From Schmidtea nova (Eukaryota), in assembly GCA_044892505.1 (NCBI GenBank), contig CM097882.1, forward strand, positions 348,068,001 through 348,132,000: DNA of 64,000 nucleotides, read 5' to 3'. Positions 16,801 through 27,902 of the stretch are shown here, piece by piece (positions within the stretch are counted from its first letter, which is position 1; each line of letters begins with the position of its first letter). The translations under genes and the position numbers were made by a program. The notes beneath the pieces were generated by a model. That model searched no databases and was not told where the DNA came from. It worked only from the letters and a program-made list of their open reading frames with translations.

Positions 16801-18776
16801 AACGTTGCTGTAAACACCGCTAAAACTATTGGATTTGAATATCGTCCAGAAAAGTGCGCTTATATGCAATACCCTAAAATAGAAACTGTAAGCGAGATTT
16901 CTGTCAACAACGTTCTTATAAAAAAGATTGCAACAAATGAATTTTACCAATACTTGGGAGTACCAATAGGTGACAATAATGATCAAAGTCCCTATGAAAT
17001 TCTAAGCAAAGTAATTGAAGACACAAAGAAAATAGCAAATTCTGATCTTTACGGCTGGCAAAAACTTAAAGCGTATAAGGTCTTTCTGCATTCTCGCTTG
17101 ATTTTTCCATTTAGAACTAGGGAAATCAAAACAAGTTCTTTAGCTGATTCGAGTAAAAATTCAAAATTAAATGTAAATAATACGAGTATTTTGAGGAGTC
17201 ATCTTAGAAAAATATTGCACTTGCCACACTACTCTGAGATTAGCTATTTTTATAATTCTACTGAAAACGGCGGTGCAGGCTGCATAGACTTACTTGACGA
17301 GTATCATACACAGACAATCGTGTACTTTTTCCGTTTGTTAACATCAACGTGCGAATATTCGAAAAAGATAAATACTGACTCGCTTTTATTTGTCACAAGT
17401 CCGAGACTCGGAATCAAAAATCCAGTTCTTAAACAAAGTTTAGAATGGATAAATGGAAAAGAGAGCAAGAAAAACAACAGTGGTTGCAAAACTCGATTTT
17501 ATCGGTTGCGATCATCCATTGCTTACTTTTCTAAAGTTCACAACATTAAATTGTTATTTGAAACAGTGAAAGGGAATCCTTCTATCCGTATAACCACTAC
17601 ACTTAAGGGAACACGTATATTATTACCAACATTAAGAAAAGCCTTGTCAATGATTTTACATTCAGCTCTCCAGGATTCGTATCTCGAGAAATGGGAGAAT
17701 AGCAATCATAATAATCTGCTTGTATCTGCGATTAAACTCTGTCCACTGGTCAACAGGCTTATTTTCCGCAGTGATTTGACAGAATTTGAATGGAGATTCG
17801 TCCATCGAGCAAGAACGAATACATTATCAATATTTGCGAAGCCATATAAAACTGGCGAAAATCGTCTTTGTCGTAGATGTAAGCTTGAAGACGAGACTTT
17901 ATCACACGTTCTTCAAACTTGTAAAATGAACAAATCTTTGGCAACTAGTCGACATAACGCTTGCTTAGAAAAAATAAAAAGCGAGTTGAAAGATCCAAAC
18001 TTGTTAGTTGTTGCGGATCATAAATGTTCCCTAGTACCGACATCAACTGAACGCGTTGATTTAATAATAACCAATAATGATAAAAAGACCATATTATTGG
18101 TAGACATGAAATGCCCAATCGATTCGGTGCCCAACTTTGACTTGGCTGATAAAAAAAACATAGAAAAGTATGATAAACTAAAATCAGAAATTAAAATAGC
18201 CAAACCCGATTATAAAGTTGAGTTGTTTACCTGCATCATAGGCTCATTAGGATCCATTGAAATTAAAACACCTGATCTTTTAGTAAAAATGGGAGTAAAA
18301 GAAAATAAAGTAAAACGTCTGATGAAAGAGTGTGCAATTAGCAATATTGCGCACTCGGCCAAAATTTGGTACTTTCATACCAATGGCTTTCTTCCAGATA
18401 ATATAAGACAAACTTGTAAATAAATAATTATATATATATAAATATTTGCTTTTTAAACTCTGTAAATAAAATTTAAAGTAAATATTTTGTAAAGTAATTT
18501 TTGTTTTAAATATCAAATCTTTTTAATCTGATAAATTGTCTTTGAGAGTTATTAAATTGGGAGACCAAGTATTCTGCGACGTATGTCATTTATTCTAGAC
18601 TTATCAACTTCAAAAGAATACAGTCGCAAAGCTGGATGACGAAATCCAAAGAACCAGAAACTTCCATTCAGATTGAACAATTATATTTTGACTGTGATTG
18701 TTTAGGGACTAATCCATGTTGATTAGATAATCTGTAAAAAAAATATGTCAAACTTGTTATATTTAATAAATGTTTA
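11176..18776 (+). mobile_element. RLE non-LTR retrotransposon copy E3 (7601 bp)
   Basis: Same structure and 3' junction as E2. Confidence 0.96.
13813..18423 (+). CDS. E3 ORF2 (Ulp1-RT-CCHC-RLE); AFGSV changed to ALGSV
   Basis: Same motifs as E2. Confidence 0.95.
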   Translation: MPASAQSSAIPSNETDAESTTKNNISTIDNRDPEVWFSDNDIDWYLENHIDNPMHGYIKCFIVNIICSNITEDIVEIPPSISNAEIVFCPLNINNSHWILFVYSKKMLSSYFIDPILANRQKPINKQMAQRINLKLNRFFNLNISVSRHPHKHLEYQNNSFDCGPFTCAYAVIISKDLNSFPNGFIEKIRTSVHENQNRMQITESTLFAGTNSKMDMTKINIKKALAKKKVITNTSDMTKVLNTQKPCVSSIISKYYESNSKITVLSAELTLNLIAQNTSFIADNVTFKQFKGIDHVISIIPKFNDWCLFVYSNKLDRSYMFDFNYRNIDERLIEIGEKITEYLNQFTLVSKIKFTPHHRISHPTFHSYDDQYFASSFIVFFEKLVFERILDNDKVYDSLSALKYQSCKDLSPSLSFINGKISDKIIEEYFASLNLSTKYILLNTTMCTALSDDCTEYLKDFVNIECMMKATIIFVIISPPRANDLLMVIDYDADEHYLLSPVTNDLFVMTEGFCYKLLIKINEIRESTGRSLKSRNCRHDVKGSGLFSRLLICAFIKYYAFDRSLENINLHEIGKIIYSLVPLVDKNDNAEEERRLKSKAVNSLKLNLKQRIEKANNLIISLEHASIDEIISGILSNIPRLKDLNTDHIRTPYLGTKIEKARKFKNSTEFLSNMKKTVYRILGNNTESIAPPFQEIIDTFSHPDTLPRNWENILKFTKTSKTSLELNPMTPKEIMSSLGKADNTSPGLDNVCYKDLLLLDPECKLLTFLYNKILKLDIIPTSWKSFKTILIPKPDKNGQYHKISSWRPIALLSVIYKVFASVLANRLSLWIRNNSMLHIGQKGGSEYEGCIEHNSILSAIVEHSKYSKSLPLTIAWLDIKDALGSVPHDYMWTLLKHINVSDRFVGILKLLYTDTSSFYCCNKMQTPDIPIKKGVKQGCPISMILFAIAINPVLESINLSNVNPFTIGTSPVQVLAYADDIALIATNTSDLQILINVAVNTAKTIGFEYRPEKCAYMQYPKIETVSEISVNNVLIKKIATNEFYQYLGVPIGDNNDQSPYEILSKVIEDTKKIANSDLYGWQKLKAYKVFLHSRLIFPFRTREIKTSSLADSSKNSKLNVNNTSILRSHLRKILHLPHYSEISYFYNSTENGGAGCIDLLDEYHTQTIVYFFRLLTSTCEYSKKINTDSLLFVTSPRLGIKNPVLKQSLEWINGKESKKNNSGCKTRFYRLRSSIAYFSKVHNIKLLFETVKGNPSIRITTTLKGTRILLPTLRKALSMILHSALQDSYLEKWENSNHNNLLVSAIKLCPLVNRLIFRSDLTEFEWRFVHRARTNTLSIFAKPYKTGENRLCRRCKLEDETLSHVLQTCKMNKSLATSRHNACLEKIKSELKDPNLLVVADHKCSLVPTSTERVDLIITNNDKKTILLVDMKCPIDSVPNFDLADKKNIEKYDKLKSEIKIAKPDYKVELFTCIIGSLGSIEIKTPDLLVKMGVKENKVKRLMKECAISNIAHSAKIWYFHTNGFLPDNIRQTCK

Positions 18777-18831
18777 TTATCACGTCTGCTTTACACGCAG
18801 AAGGTCCCCGGTTCGATCCCGGGTCGAACCA
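18777..18831 (+). pseudogene. 3' part of tRNA-Val(TAC) interrupted by E3
   Basis: tRNA nt 19-73. Confidence 0.95.
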
Positions 18832-18977
18832 AATTTTTATTGTAAATTGTTAAATCTTGTTTACTATGTTTCCATTGTTTACTAGTGTTATTTTGTGTGT
18901 GTGTGTTTTATTAGTAAATCAGATCAATTTATTAAGCTGAAAGTTGGTAACAAACGAAAATTTGAAAATATTTACAG

Positions 18978-19050
18978 GGTTCGATGGTGTAGCGGTTATC
19001 ACGTCTGCTTCACACGCAGAAGGTCCCCGGTTCGATCCCGGGTCGAACCA
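18978..19050 (+). tRNA. tRNA-Val: tRNA-Val(CAC)
   Basis: Identical 73-nt cloverleaf. Confidence 0.97.
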
Positions 19051-19347
19051 TATTTTATTAATTAGAAACTTCCTAATCTTGATTTTTTCTCAATGGAACA
19101 CCTTTCTCATATATGTTACAATATTAAAAATGATTGAATAATTAGAGAAAAAAGTTAAAATTTCATTTTCATAAATGTAGTGTGTGAAAGCTTTCTATCC
19201 TTTTGCAATTTTATGATTATTTTGTGCAGTGTTGTTTATTTAAATATGTAACTGTTGAAAAAAAGAATATTGGATATGAAAATGGATAAAGTATTGCAAG
19301 TGTTGATATATATATTGTAAATTTTAACGATTGATAAATTCTTTCAA

Positions 19348-19420
19348 GGTTCGATGGTGTAGCGGTTATCACGTCTGCTTCACACGCAGAAGGTCCCCGG
19401 TTCGATCCCGGGTCGAACCA
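19348..19420 (+). tRNA. tRNA-Val: tRNA-Val(CAC), unusually followed by spacer A
   Basis: Identical cloverleaf; 3' flank AATTTTTATTGTAAATTG. Confidence 0.97.
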
Positions 19421-19568
19421 AATTTTTATTGTAAATTGTTAAATCTTGTTTACTATGTTTCCATTGTTTACTAGTGTTATTTTGTGTGTGTGTGTGTTTT
19501 ATTAGTAAATCAGATCAATTTATTTAGCTGAAAGTTGGTAACAAACGAAAATTTGAAAATATTTACAG

Positions 19569-19641
19569 GGTTCGATGGTGTAGCGGTTATCACGTCTGCT
19601 TCACACGCAGAAGGTCCCCGGTTCGATCCCGGGTCGAACCA
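19569..19641 (+). tRNA. tRNA-Val: tRNA-Val(CAC)
   Basis: Identical 73-nt cloverleaf. Confidence 0.97.
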
Positions 19642-19938
19642 TATTTTATTAATTAGAAACTTCCTAATCTTGATTTTTTCTCAATGGAACACCTTTCTCA
19701 TATATGTTACAATATTAAAAATGATTGAATAATTAGAGAAAAAAGTTAAAATTTCATTTTCATAAATGTAGTGTGTGAAAGCTTTCTATCCTTTTGCAAT
19801 TTTATGATTATTTTGTGCAATGTTGTTTATTTAAATATGTAACTGTTGAAAAAAAGAATATTGGATATGAAAATGGATAAAGTATTGCAAGTGTTGATAT
19901 ATATATTGTAAATTTTAACGATTGATAAATTCTTTCAA

Positions 19939-19947
19939 GGTTCGATG
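19939..19947 (+). pseudogene. 5' stub (nt 1-9) of tRNA-Val interrupted by E4
   Basis: GGTTCGATG then ACTC. Confidence 0.9.
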
Positions 19948-22578
19948 ACTCAATCACCTGCTGCTCAGTCAACTGCTGCTGATGTGATGACTCAGTCTAT
20001 TGGAAATCAGTCAACTGTGACGAAGAAATATGAATTAGAAAACATTCTCAAGTATCAAATTTCCAGTTTGCAATGTTTTCAATCGATTTTGGATTATTTT
20101 TCGCAACTAAATGGTGGAAATCTCGCTACTGCCTCAGTTCTTTCTGATGCGAATGCAAGTCAACGGAGTTCTTTCGATCAAGGATCTAAAATTTCTCAAA
20201 ACCAATCTGATAATATGCCACTTTCTTATGCTGATATTGAGACTAAATTCACTAAATCAAAGGATTTACTGATTGTCAAGCGCCTGGATTCATTGGAGTC
20301 TCAATTTATGAATATGGCTGAAAAGTTAGATTATTTGGTTTCTTTTTTTAATGGCTCTGTTGATGATTTATCAGATTTTCCTAAAGTAAATGAAAATAAT
20401 TTAAATAATAATCCTTTCAATAAAAATAAAGTTTTTGATATCAAAGATAAATTAATTGTAAATAATGTAGTTTTAGATAAATCAAATATTTCAGAATTTA
20501 TTGAAAATAATATTGCTAAAATTCCTAATAGTTTAATTGATGTAAATAATAAAATGTGTAATTCAAATAATAAATTTCTAAATAACCCTAATAAAGAGAA
20601 TGTTAAACATTTTAATAATCCCAAAGAAACATCTTCAATTGATTTGACTAACGATAAAATTATGCCAAATGAAAACATAGAAATAATTATTAAAAATAAT
20701 AAAAAATCTGTTAAAATTATAGAACCTAATAAAACAACTAAACAGAAGTATGATAAATTTGAATTTAAAAATCTGGTTCGTATTTTAACGAAAAGGGAAC
20801 GCCAGAAAATCTTGAATGCCTTCCCTGCTTTAATACAACTAATTAAAAAGAAAGAATCACAGAGTAAATATTTTGAAATTAATAAATTTCTTTCGAGCAA
20901 AGATTTTAATGTGAATCACTTGAATTTAATTAATTTTGATTATTTTTTCTATAGAAATTGTAATCTTTGTGTATCTTTAAAATTGAACAACGCTCCTGTC
21001 ATTTCATCAGCACCAAAACCTGTTGTTTTAAAATCTATTAAATTAATTGACCATAATATCGTCAAAATAAATTCTGAAATCCCTGACTTTGTTCGAGCTC
21101 CAATGTCAATTCGAAGATTTTTATTCAATCTTTCGCACGATCTTTCAAACACTGTTTCCATCAAGGATGAGAAACACAGGGGAAATAAAATAAATAACAT
21201 TCTTACTTCAATGAAACATAAACAACAATTACCAGATTATTTAATAAAATCAAACATTAAATACGAAAATGGTGAGTTCTTATTATTAGATTTGACTAAC
21301 GATAAAATCAAATTGAACGACGATAATAACTTGATAAAATCAAATTTTTCTGAACTTACTAGAAGTCAGATTAAAAATCTTTACTATTCTTATCCTTCTC
21401 TTAAGGAAGTTTGTTTCGTTGAAAATCTTGAAACAAGATCATCATCCGTTAGTAAAATTATCGAATCTTTAAAGTTAATTAATGAATTTCCAAAAAATAT
21501 CATTTTTAAAGAGGGTAAATTTTATCAGTCTGATAAAAGAACAATCTCACCTAGTAGTTCTCCTGACATAATGTTCAACCTAGGTCTTTTTAATTTGGCT
21601 AGTATGAGTAGAAAAGATTGTGAATTAAAATCCATTTTAGAGAAGACTGGTTGTGACTTTAAAATAGTTGAAATAATATTCTACCTCAACTATTTAGGCT
21701 TGACTCAATCTTTAGAATTTTGCAAAAATCAAACTTATTCCGATTATGTGAGGAATTACGTCTGTAATTGCTGCTTGATAAACTCACTCTGTAGTATTGC
21801 TGATGTTGATTCGCTTTCATCTGAAGATTTTGAGGGTTGGGCGACCGAAATTGTTCAGAAAATCCCAGTTTCTTCCTATTACTTCAATAGCTGCCAGGAA
21901 AAGCTTTTAAAGCTGAAGCAATGGGACATTTCAACTAAAATCAAAAGAATCCATAACGTTATTTCACCTGAAATAATATCTTATTTAAATAACTTTCTTG
22001 ACTCTGTAGACGTAAAATTTCCATCTAAGTCTCAACAACATAATATTCTAATTAAATTAATGAAAGCTATCAATGACATTAAAATTTTTGATGACATACA
22101 CGGAAATAAAGCAAAAAGACTTGTTTACTTTTTGCTAAGAGATGCCAAGAAATATTTGAATAAAAATCAACGATTCAGATTATTTGAATCGAGCAATAAA
22201 TATTGCACTTCAGAGATGGAGAATATAATTTCAGTAATAATTGAGAACCTTACCAAAGTTACTGACCATGAAGTTACTACTCCTGAAATCACAGTTGAAG
22301 AAACGCCAATTGAAATAACTTGTGATCCTGAACCTATCGTCTTGATTAAGGAAATAAACTGTTTAAAATGTAACAATATCATCGAAAAATGCATTCTTGT
22401 TAGAGATGGAACAAACGTCAACATCTGTGAAAGCTGTCTATTTGACGCAATTACCTTTGAAAAGCCGATTCCTGAAGCTACTAATTCGGATATCGAAGAA
22501 AATATAGAAACAAATTGTAAGAAATCTTGTCCAAGACCTAGAAAAACAGACAAGAAAACATCAACCAAAGCAAAATGA
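19945..22578 (+). CDS. E4 ORF1 (877 aa)
   Basis: Near-identical to the other copies. Confidence 0.85.
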   Translation: MTQSPAAQSTAADVMTQSIGNQSTVTKKYELENILKYQISSLQCFQSILDYFSQLNGGNLATASVLSDANASQRSSFDQGSKISQNQSDNMPLSYADIETKFTKSKDLLIVKRLDSLESQFMNMAEKLDYLVSFFNGSVDDLSDFPKVNENNLNNNPFNKNKVFDIKDKLIVNNVVLDKSNISEFIENNIAKIPNSLIDVNNKMCNSNNKFLNNPNKENVKHFNNPKETSSIDLTNDKIMPNENIEIIIKNNKKSVKIIEPNKTTKQKYDKFEFKNLVRILTKRERQKILNAFPALIQLIKKKESQSKYFEINKFLSSKDFNVNHLNLINFDYFFYRNCNLCVSLKLNNAPVISSAPKPVVLKSIKLIDHNIVKINSEIPDFVRAPMSIRRFLFNLSHDLSNTVSIKDEKHRGNKINNILTSMKHKQQLPDYLIKSNIKYENGEFLLLDLTNDKIKLNDDNNLIKSNFSELTRSQIKNLYYSYPSLKEVCFVENLETRSSSVSKIIESLKLINEFPKNIIFKEGKFYQSDKRTISPSSSPDIMFNLGLFNLASMSRKDCELKSILEKTGCDFKIVEIIFYLNYLGLTQSLEFCKNQTYSDYVRNYVCNCCLINSLCSIADVDSLSSEDFEGWATEIVQKIPVSSYYFNSCQEKLLKLKQWDISTKIKRIHNVISPEIISYLNNFLDSVDVKFPSKSQQHNILIKLMKAINDIKIFDDIHGNKAKRLVYFLLRDAKKYLNKNQRFRLFESSNKYCTSEMENIISVIIENLTKVTDHEVTTPEITVEETPIEITCDPEPIVLIKEINCLKCNNIIEKCILVRDGTNVNICESCLFDAITFEKPIPEATNSDIEENIETNCKKSCPRPRKTDKKTSTKAK

Positions 22579-25500
22579 AGATGTGTGCCTGCATCAGCTC
22601 AATCGTCTGCCATTCCCTCTAATGAGACTGATGCAGAGAGCACAACTAAAAATAATATTTCAACTATCGACAATCGTGATCCTGAAGTGTGGTTTTCTGA
22701 TAATGATATTGATTGGTATCTTGAAAACCACATTGATAATCCAATGCATGGATATATTAAATGCTTTATAGTAAATATCATCTGTTCTAACATCACAGAA
22801 GATATTGTTGAAATTCCACCATCTATTAGCAATGCTGAAATTGTATTTTGTCCACTCAACATTAACAATTCGCACTGGATTCTTTTTGTTTATAGTAAGA
22901 AAATGTTATCTTCTTACTTTATTGACCCAATCCTTGCAAACAGACAAAAGCCAATCAATAAACAAATGGCTCAGAGAATTAACCTAAAACTGAATAGATT
23001 TTTTAATCTAAATATATCTGTGTCCCGACATCCACACAAACATCTTGAATATCAAAATAACAGCTTTGATTGTGGCCCATTTACGTGTGCTTATGCTGTG
23101 ATTATCAGTAAAGATTTGAACAGCTTTCCAAATGGGTTCATAGAGAAAATTCGTACCAGTGTGCATGAAAATCAAAATCGTATGCAAATAACCGAATCCA
23201 CCTTATTCGCTGGTACTAACTCCAAGATGGACATGACCAAAATAAATATCAAGAAAGCCCTTGCAAAAAAGAAAGTCATCACCAACACCTCAGATATGAC
23301 CAAAGTATTGAACACTCAAAAACCGTGTGTGTCATCAATAATTAGTAAATATTACGAAAGTAATTCTAAAATAACAGTCTTATCTGCCGAACTAACTTTA
23401 AACCTAATTGCACAAAATACCTCCTTCATAGCTGATAATGTCACTTTCAAGCAGTTCAAAGGAATCGATCATGTTATAAGTATCATTCCTAAATTTAACG
23501 ATTGGTGTCTCTTTGTCTATTCGAATAAACTTGACAGGAGCTACATGTTCGACTTCAATTATCGAAACATTGATGAAAGGCTAATTGAAATTGGTGAAAA
23601 GATAACTGAATATCTGAATCAATTCACTCTTGTTTCTAAAATAAAATTCACACCTCATCATAGAATTTCTCATCCAACATTTCATTCTTACGATGATCAA
23701 TATTTTGCAAGTTCTTTTATTGTATTTTTTGAGAAACTTGTCTTTGAAAGAATACTGGACAATGATAAGGTTTATGACTCATTAAGTGCTCTAAAATATC
23801 AGTCTTGTAAAGATCTTTCTCCTAGCTTAAGTTTCATTAATGGTAAAATATCCGACAAAATTATTGAGGAATATTTTGCTAGCCTAAACTTATCGACCAA
23901 ATATATTCTTCTAAACACAACAATGTGTACTGCGCTTTCAGATGATTGCACTGAATACTTGAAAGACTTTGTAAACATTGAGTGCATGATGAAGGCTACT
24001 ATAATCTTTGTAATCATTTCTCCTCCAAGAGCCAACGACTTGCTCATGGTTATTGATTACGACGCTGATGAGCACTATTTATTAAGCCCAGTCACTAATG
24101 ACTTGTTCGTTATGACTGAAGGATTCTGCTATAAATTACTAATTAAAATTAATGAGATTAGAGAGAGCACAGGTCGTTCCTTGAAATCGCGTAATTGTCG
24201 ACATGACGTTAAAGGTTCTGGCTTATTTAGTAGGTTATTAATCTGTGCCTTTATTAAATATTATGCATTTGACCGATCTCTAGAAAATATCAATCTTCAT
24301 GAAATTGGCAAAATTATCTACTCACTTGTGCCATTAGTTGATAAAAATGATAATGCTGAGGAAGAAAGACGACTAAAATCAAAAGCTGTAAACTCTTTAA
24401 AACTAAATTTAAAACAGCGAATAGAAAAAGCCAATAATCTTATAATTTCACTTGAACACGCCAGTATTGATGAAATCATAAGTGGCATTCTTTCAAATAT
24501 TCCTCGTCTTAAAGATTTGAACACCGATCACATTCGTACACCATATTTAGGTACTAAAGTAGAAAAAGCTAGAAAATTCAAAAATTCCACTGAATTTCTG
24601 TCAAACATGAAAAAGACTGTGTATAGGATTTTGGGTAACAACACAGAATCAATTGCACCTCCTTTTCAGGAAATTATTGACACTTTCAGTCATCCTGATA
24701 CATTACCTAGAAATTGGGAAAACATCTTTAAATTCACTAAGAGTTCTAAATTTAGTCTTGAATTAAATCCAATGACACCTAAAGAAATCCTTTCAAGTCT
24801 TTGCAAAGCTGACAACACTTCTCCAGGTCTTGATAATGTTTGTTATAAAGATCTTTTGCTATTAGACCCTGAATGTAAATTGCTAGCTTTTCTGTACAAT
24901 AAAATCCTAAAATTAGACATTATTCCTACAAGTTGGAAATCATTTAAAACCATACTAATCCCTAAACCAGATAAAAATGGCCAATATCATAAAATATATT
25001 CTTGGCGACCAATTGCCTTATTATCTGTCATTTACAAAGTCTTCGCTTCAGTTTTGGCAAATCGTCTAAGCTTATGGATAAGAAATAATTCCATGTTACA
25101 CATTGGCCAAAAGGGTGGTTCGGAGTACGAAGGATGTATTGAACACAACTCTATTCTTTCTGCTATCGTCGAACATTCAAAATACAGCAAGTCTTCACCT
25201 TTAACAATAGCTTGGCTAGACATCAAAGATGCCTTCGGAAGTGTTCCACATGACTACATGTGGACACTGTTAAAACACATAAATGTTAGTGATAGGTTTG
25301 TAGGAATTTTAAAACTGCTCTATACTGATACAAGCTCGTTTTATTGTTGCAATAAAATGCAGACACCGGATATTCCAATAAAGAAAGGAGTTAAACAAGG
25401 TTGTCCGATCTCAATGATATTGTTTGCAATAGCTATTAACCCAGTACTTGAGTCTATTAATCTATCAAACGTTAATCCTTTTACGATTGGAACATCTCCG

Positions 25501-27550
25501 GTACAGGTGTTGGCTTATGCGGATGATATCGCACTTATCGCGACAAATACCTCTGATCTGCAAATACTCATAAACGTTGCTGTAAACACCGCTAAAACAA
25601 TTGGATTTGAATATCGTCCAGAAAAGTGCGCTTATATGCAATACCCTAAAATAGAAACTGTAAGCGAGATTTCTGTCAACAATGTTCTTATAAAAAAGAT
25701 TGCAACAAATGAATTTTACCAATACTTGGGAGTACCAATAGGTGACAATAATGACCAAAGTCCCTATGAAATTCTAAGCAAAGTAATTGAAGACACAAAG
25801 AAAATAGCAAATTCTGATCTTTACGGCTGGCAAAAACTTAAAGCGTATAAGGTCTTTCTGCATTCTCGCTTGATTTTTCCATTTAGAACTAGGGAAATCA
25901 AAACAAGTTCTTTAGCTGATTCGAGTAAAAATTCAAAATTAAATGTAAATAATACGAGTATTTTGAGGAGTCATCTTAGAAAAATATTGCACTTGCCACA
26001 CTACTCTGAGATTAGCTATTTTTATAATTCTACTGAAAACGGCGGTGCAGGCTGCATAGACTTACTTGACGAGTATCATACACAGACAATCGTGTACTTT
26101 TTCCGCTTGTTAACATCAACGTGCGAATATTCGAAAAAGATAAATACTGACTCGCTTTTATTTGTCACAAGTCCGAGACTCGGAATCAAAAATCCAGTTC
26201 TTAAACAAAGTTTAGAATGGATAAATGGAAAAGAGAGCAAGAAAAACAACAGTGGTTGCAAAACTCGATTTTATCGGTTGCGATCATCCATTGCTTACTT
26301 TTCTAAAGTTCACAACATTAAATTGTTATTTGAAACAGTGAAAGGGAATCCTTCTATCCGTATAACCACTACACTTAAGGGAACACGTATATTATTACCA
26401 ACATTAAGAAAAGCATTGTCAATGATTTTACATTCAGCTCTCCAGGATTCGTATCTCGAGAAATGGGAGAATAGCAACCATAATAATCTGCTTGTATCTG
26501 CGATTAAACTCTGTCCACTTGTCAACAAGCTTATTTTCCGCAGTGATTTGACAGAATTTGAATGGAGATTCGTCCATCGAGCAAGAACGAATACATTATC
26601 AATATTTGCGAAGCCATATAAAACTGGCGAAAATCGTCTTTGTCGTAGATGTAAGCTTGAAGACGAGACTTTATCACACGTTCTTCAAACTTGTAAAATG
26701 AACAAATCTTTGGCAACTAGTCAACATAACGCTTGCTTAGAAAAAATAAAAAGCGAGTTGAAAGATCCAAACTTGTTAGTTGTTGCGGATCATAAATGTT
26801 CCCTAGTACCGACATCAACTGAACGCGTTGATTTAATAATAACCAATAATGATAAAAAGACCATATTATTGGTAGACATGAAATGCCCAATCGATTCGGT
26901 GCCCAACTTTGACTTGGCTGATAAAAAAAACATAGAAAAGTATGATAAACTAAAATCGGAAATTAAAATAGCCAAACCCGATTATAAAGTTGAGTTGTTT
27001 ACCTGCATCATAGGCTCATTAGGATCCATTGAAATTAAAACACCTGATCTTTTAGTAAAAATGGGCGTAAAAGAAAATAAAGTAAAACGTCTGATGAAAG
27101 AGTGTGCAATTAGCAATATTGCGCACTCGGCCAAAATTTGGTACTTTCATACCAATGGCTTTCTTCCAGATAATATAAGACAAACTTTTAAATAAATAAT
27201 TATATATATATATAAATATTTGCTTTTTAAACTCTGTAAATAAAAATTAAAGTAAATATTTTGTAAAGTAATTTTTGTATTAAATATCCAATCTTTTTAA
27301 TCTGATAAATTGTCTTTGAGAGTTATTAAATTGGGAGACCAAGTATTCTGCAACGTATGTCACTTATTCTAGACTTATCAACTTCAAAAGAATACAGTCG
27401 CAAAGCTGGATGACGAAATCCAAAGAACCAGAAACTTCCATTCAGATTGAACAATTATATTTTGACTGTGATTGTTTAGGGACTAATCCATGTTGATTAG
27501 ATAATCTGTAAAAAAAATATGTCAAACTTGTTATATTTAATAAATGTTTA
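19948..27550 (+). mobile_element. RLE non-LTR retrotransposon copy E4 (7603 bp)
   Basis: Same structure and junctions. Confidence 0.96.
22585..27195 (+). CDS. E4 ORF2 (Ulp1-RT-CCHC-RLE); RHN changed to QHN
   Basis: Same motifs as E2. Confidence 0.95.
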   Translation: MPASAQSSAIPSNETDAESTTKNNISTIDNRDPEVWFSDNDIDWYLENHIDNPMHGYIKCFIVNIICSNITEDIVEIPPSISNAEIVFCPLNINNSHWILFVYSKKMLSSYFIDPILANRQKPINKQMAQRINLKLNRFFNLNISVSRHPHKHLEYQNNSFDCGPFTCAYAVIISKDLNSFPNGFIEKIRTSVHENQNRMQITESTLFAGTNSKMDMTKINIKKALAKKKVITNTSDMTKVLNTQKPCVSSIISKYYESNSKITVLSAELTLNLIAQNTSFIADNVTFKQFKGIDHVISIIPKFNDWCLFVYSNKLDRSYMFDFNYRNIDERLIEIGEKITEYLNQFTLVSKIKFTPHHRISHPTFHSYDDQYFASSFIVFFEKLVFERILDNDKVYDSLSALKYQSCKDLSPSLSFINGKISDKIIEEYFASLNLSTKYILLNTTMCTALSDDCTEYLKDFVNIECMMKATIIFVIISPPRANDLLMVIDYDADEHYLLSPVTNDLFVMTEGFCYKLLIKINEIRESTGRSLKSRNCRHDVKGSGLFSRLLICAFIKYYAFDRSLENINLHEIGKIIYSLVPLVDKNDNAEEERRLKSKAVNSLKLNLKQRIEKANNLIISLEHASIDEIISGILSNIPRLKDLNTDHIRTPYLGTKVEKARKFKNSTEFLSNMKKTVYRILGNNTESIAPPFQEIIDTFSHPDTLPRNWENIFKFTKSSKFSLELNPMTPKEILSSLCKADNTSPGLDNVCYKDLLLLDPECKLLAFLYNKILKLDIIPTSWKSFKTILIPKPDKNGQYHKIYSWRPIALLSVIYKVFASVLANRLSLWIRNNSMLHIGQKGGSEYEGCIEHNSILSAIVEHSKYSKSSPLTIAWLDIKDAFGSVPHDYMWTLLKHINVSDRFVGILKLLYTDTSSFYCCNKMQTPDIPIKKGVKQGCPISMILFAIAINPVLESINLSNVNPFTIGTSPVQVLAYADDIALIATNTSDLQILINVAVNTAKTIGFEYRPEKCAYMQYPKIETVSEISVNNVLIKKIATNEFYQYLGVPIGDNNDQSPYEILSKVIEDTKKIANSDLYGWQKLKAYKVFLHSRLIFPFRTREIKTSSLADSSKNSKLNVNNTSILRSHLRKILHLPHYSEISYFYNSTENGGAGCIDLLDEYHTQTIVYFFRLLTSTCEYSKKINTDSLLFVTSPRLGIKNPVLKQSLEWINGKESKKNNSGCKTRFYRLRSSIAYFSKVHNIKLLFETVKGNPSIRITTTLKGTRILLPTLRKALSMILHSALQDSYLEKWENSNHNNLLVSAIKLCPLVNKLIFRSDLTEFEWRFVHRARTNTLSIFAKPYKTGENRLCRRCKLEDETLSHVLQTCKMNKSLATSQHNACLEKIKSELKDPNLLVVADHKCSLVPTSTERVDLIITNNDKKTILLVDMKCPIDSVPNFDLADKKNIEKYDKLKSEIKIAKPDYKVELFTCIIGSLGSIEIKTPDLLVKMGVKENKVKRLMKECAISNIAHSAKIWYFHTNGFLPDNIRQTFK

Positions 27551-27605
27551 TTATCACGTCTGCTTCACACGCAGAAGGTCCCCGGTTCGATCCCGGGTCG
27601 AACCA
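27551..27605 (+). pseudogene. 3' part of tRNA-Val(CAC) interrupted by E4
   Basis: tRNA nt 19-73, followed by spacer B. Confidence 0.95.
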
Positions 27606-27902
27606 TATTTTATTAATTAGAAACTTCCTAATCTTGATTTTTTCTCAATGGAACACCTTTCTCATATATGTTACAATATTAAAAATGATTGAATAATCAG
27701 AGAAAAAAGTTAAAATTTCATTTTCATAAATGTAGTGTGTGAAAGCTTTCTATCCTTTTGCAATTTTATGATTATTTTGTGCAGTGTTGTTTATTTAAAT
27801 ATGTAACTGTTGAAAAAAAGAATATTGGATATGAAAATGGATAAAGTATTGCAAGTGTTGATATATATATTGTAAATTTTAACGATTGATAAATTCTTTC
27901 AA

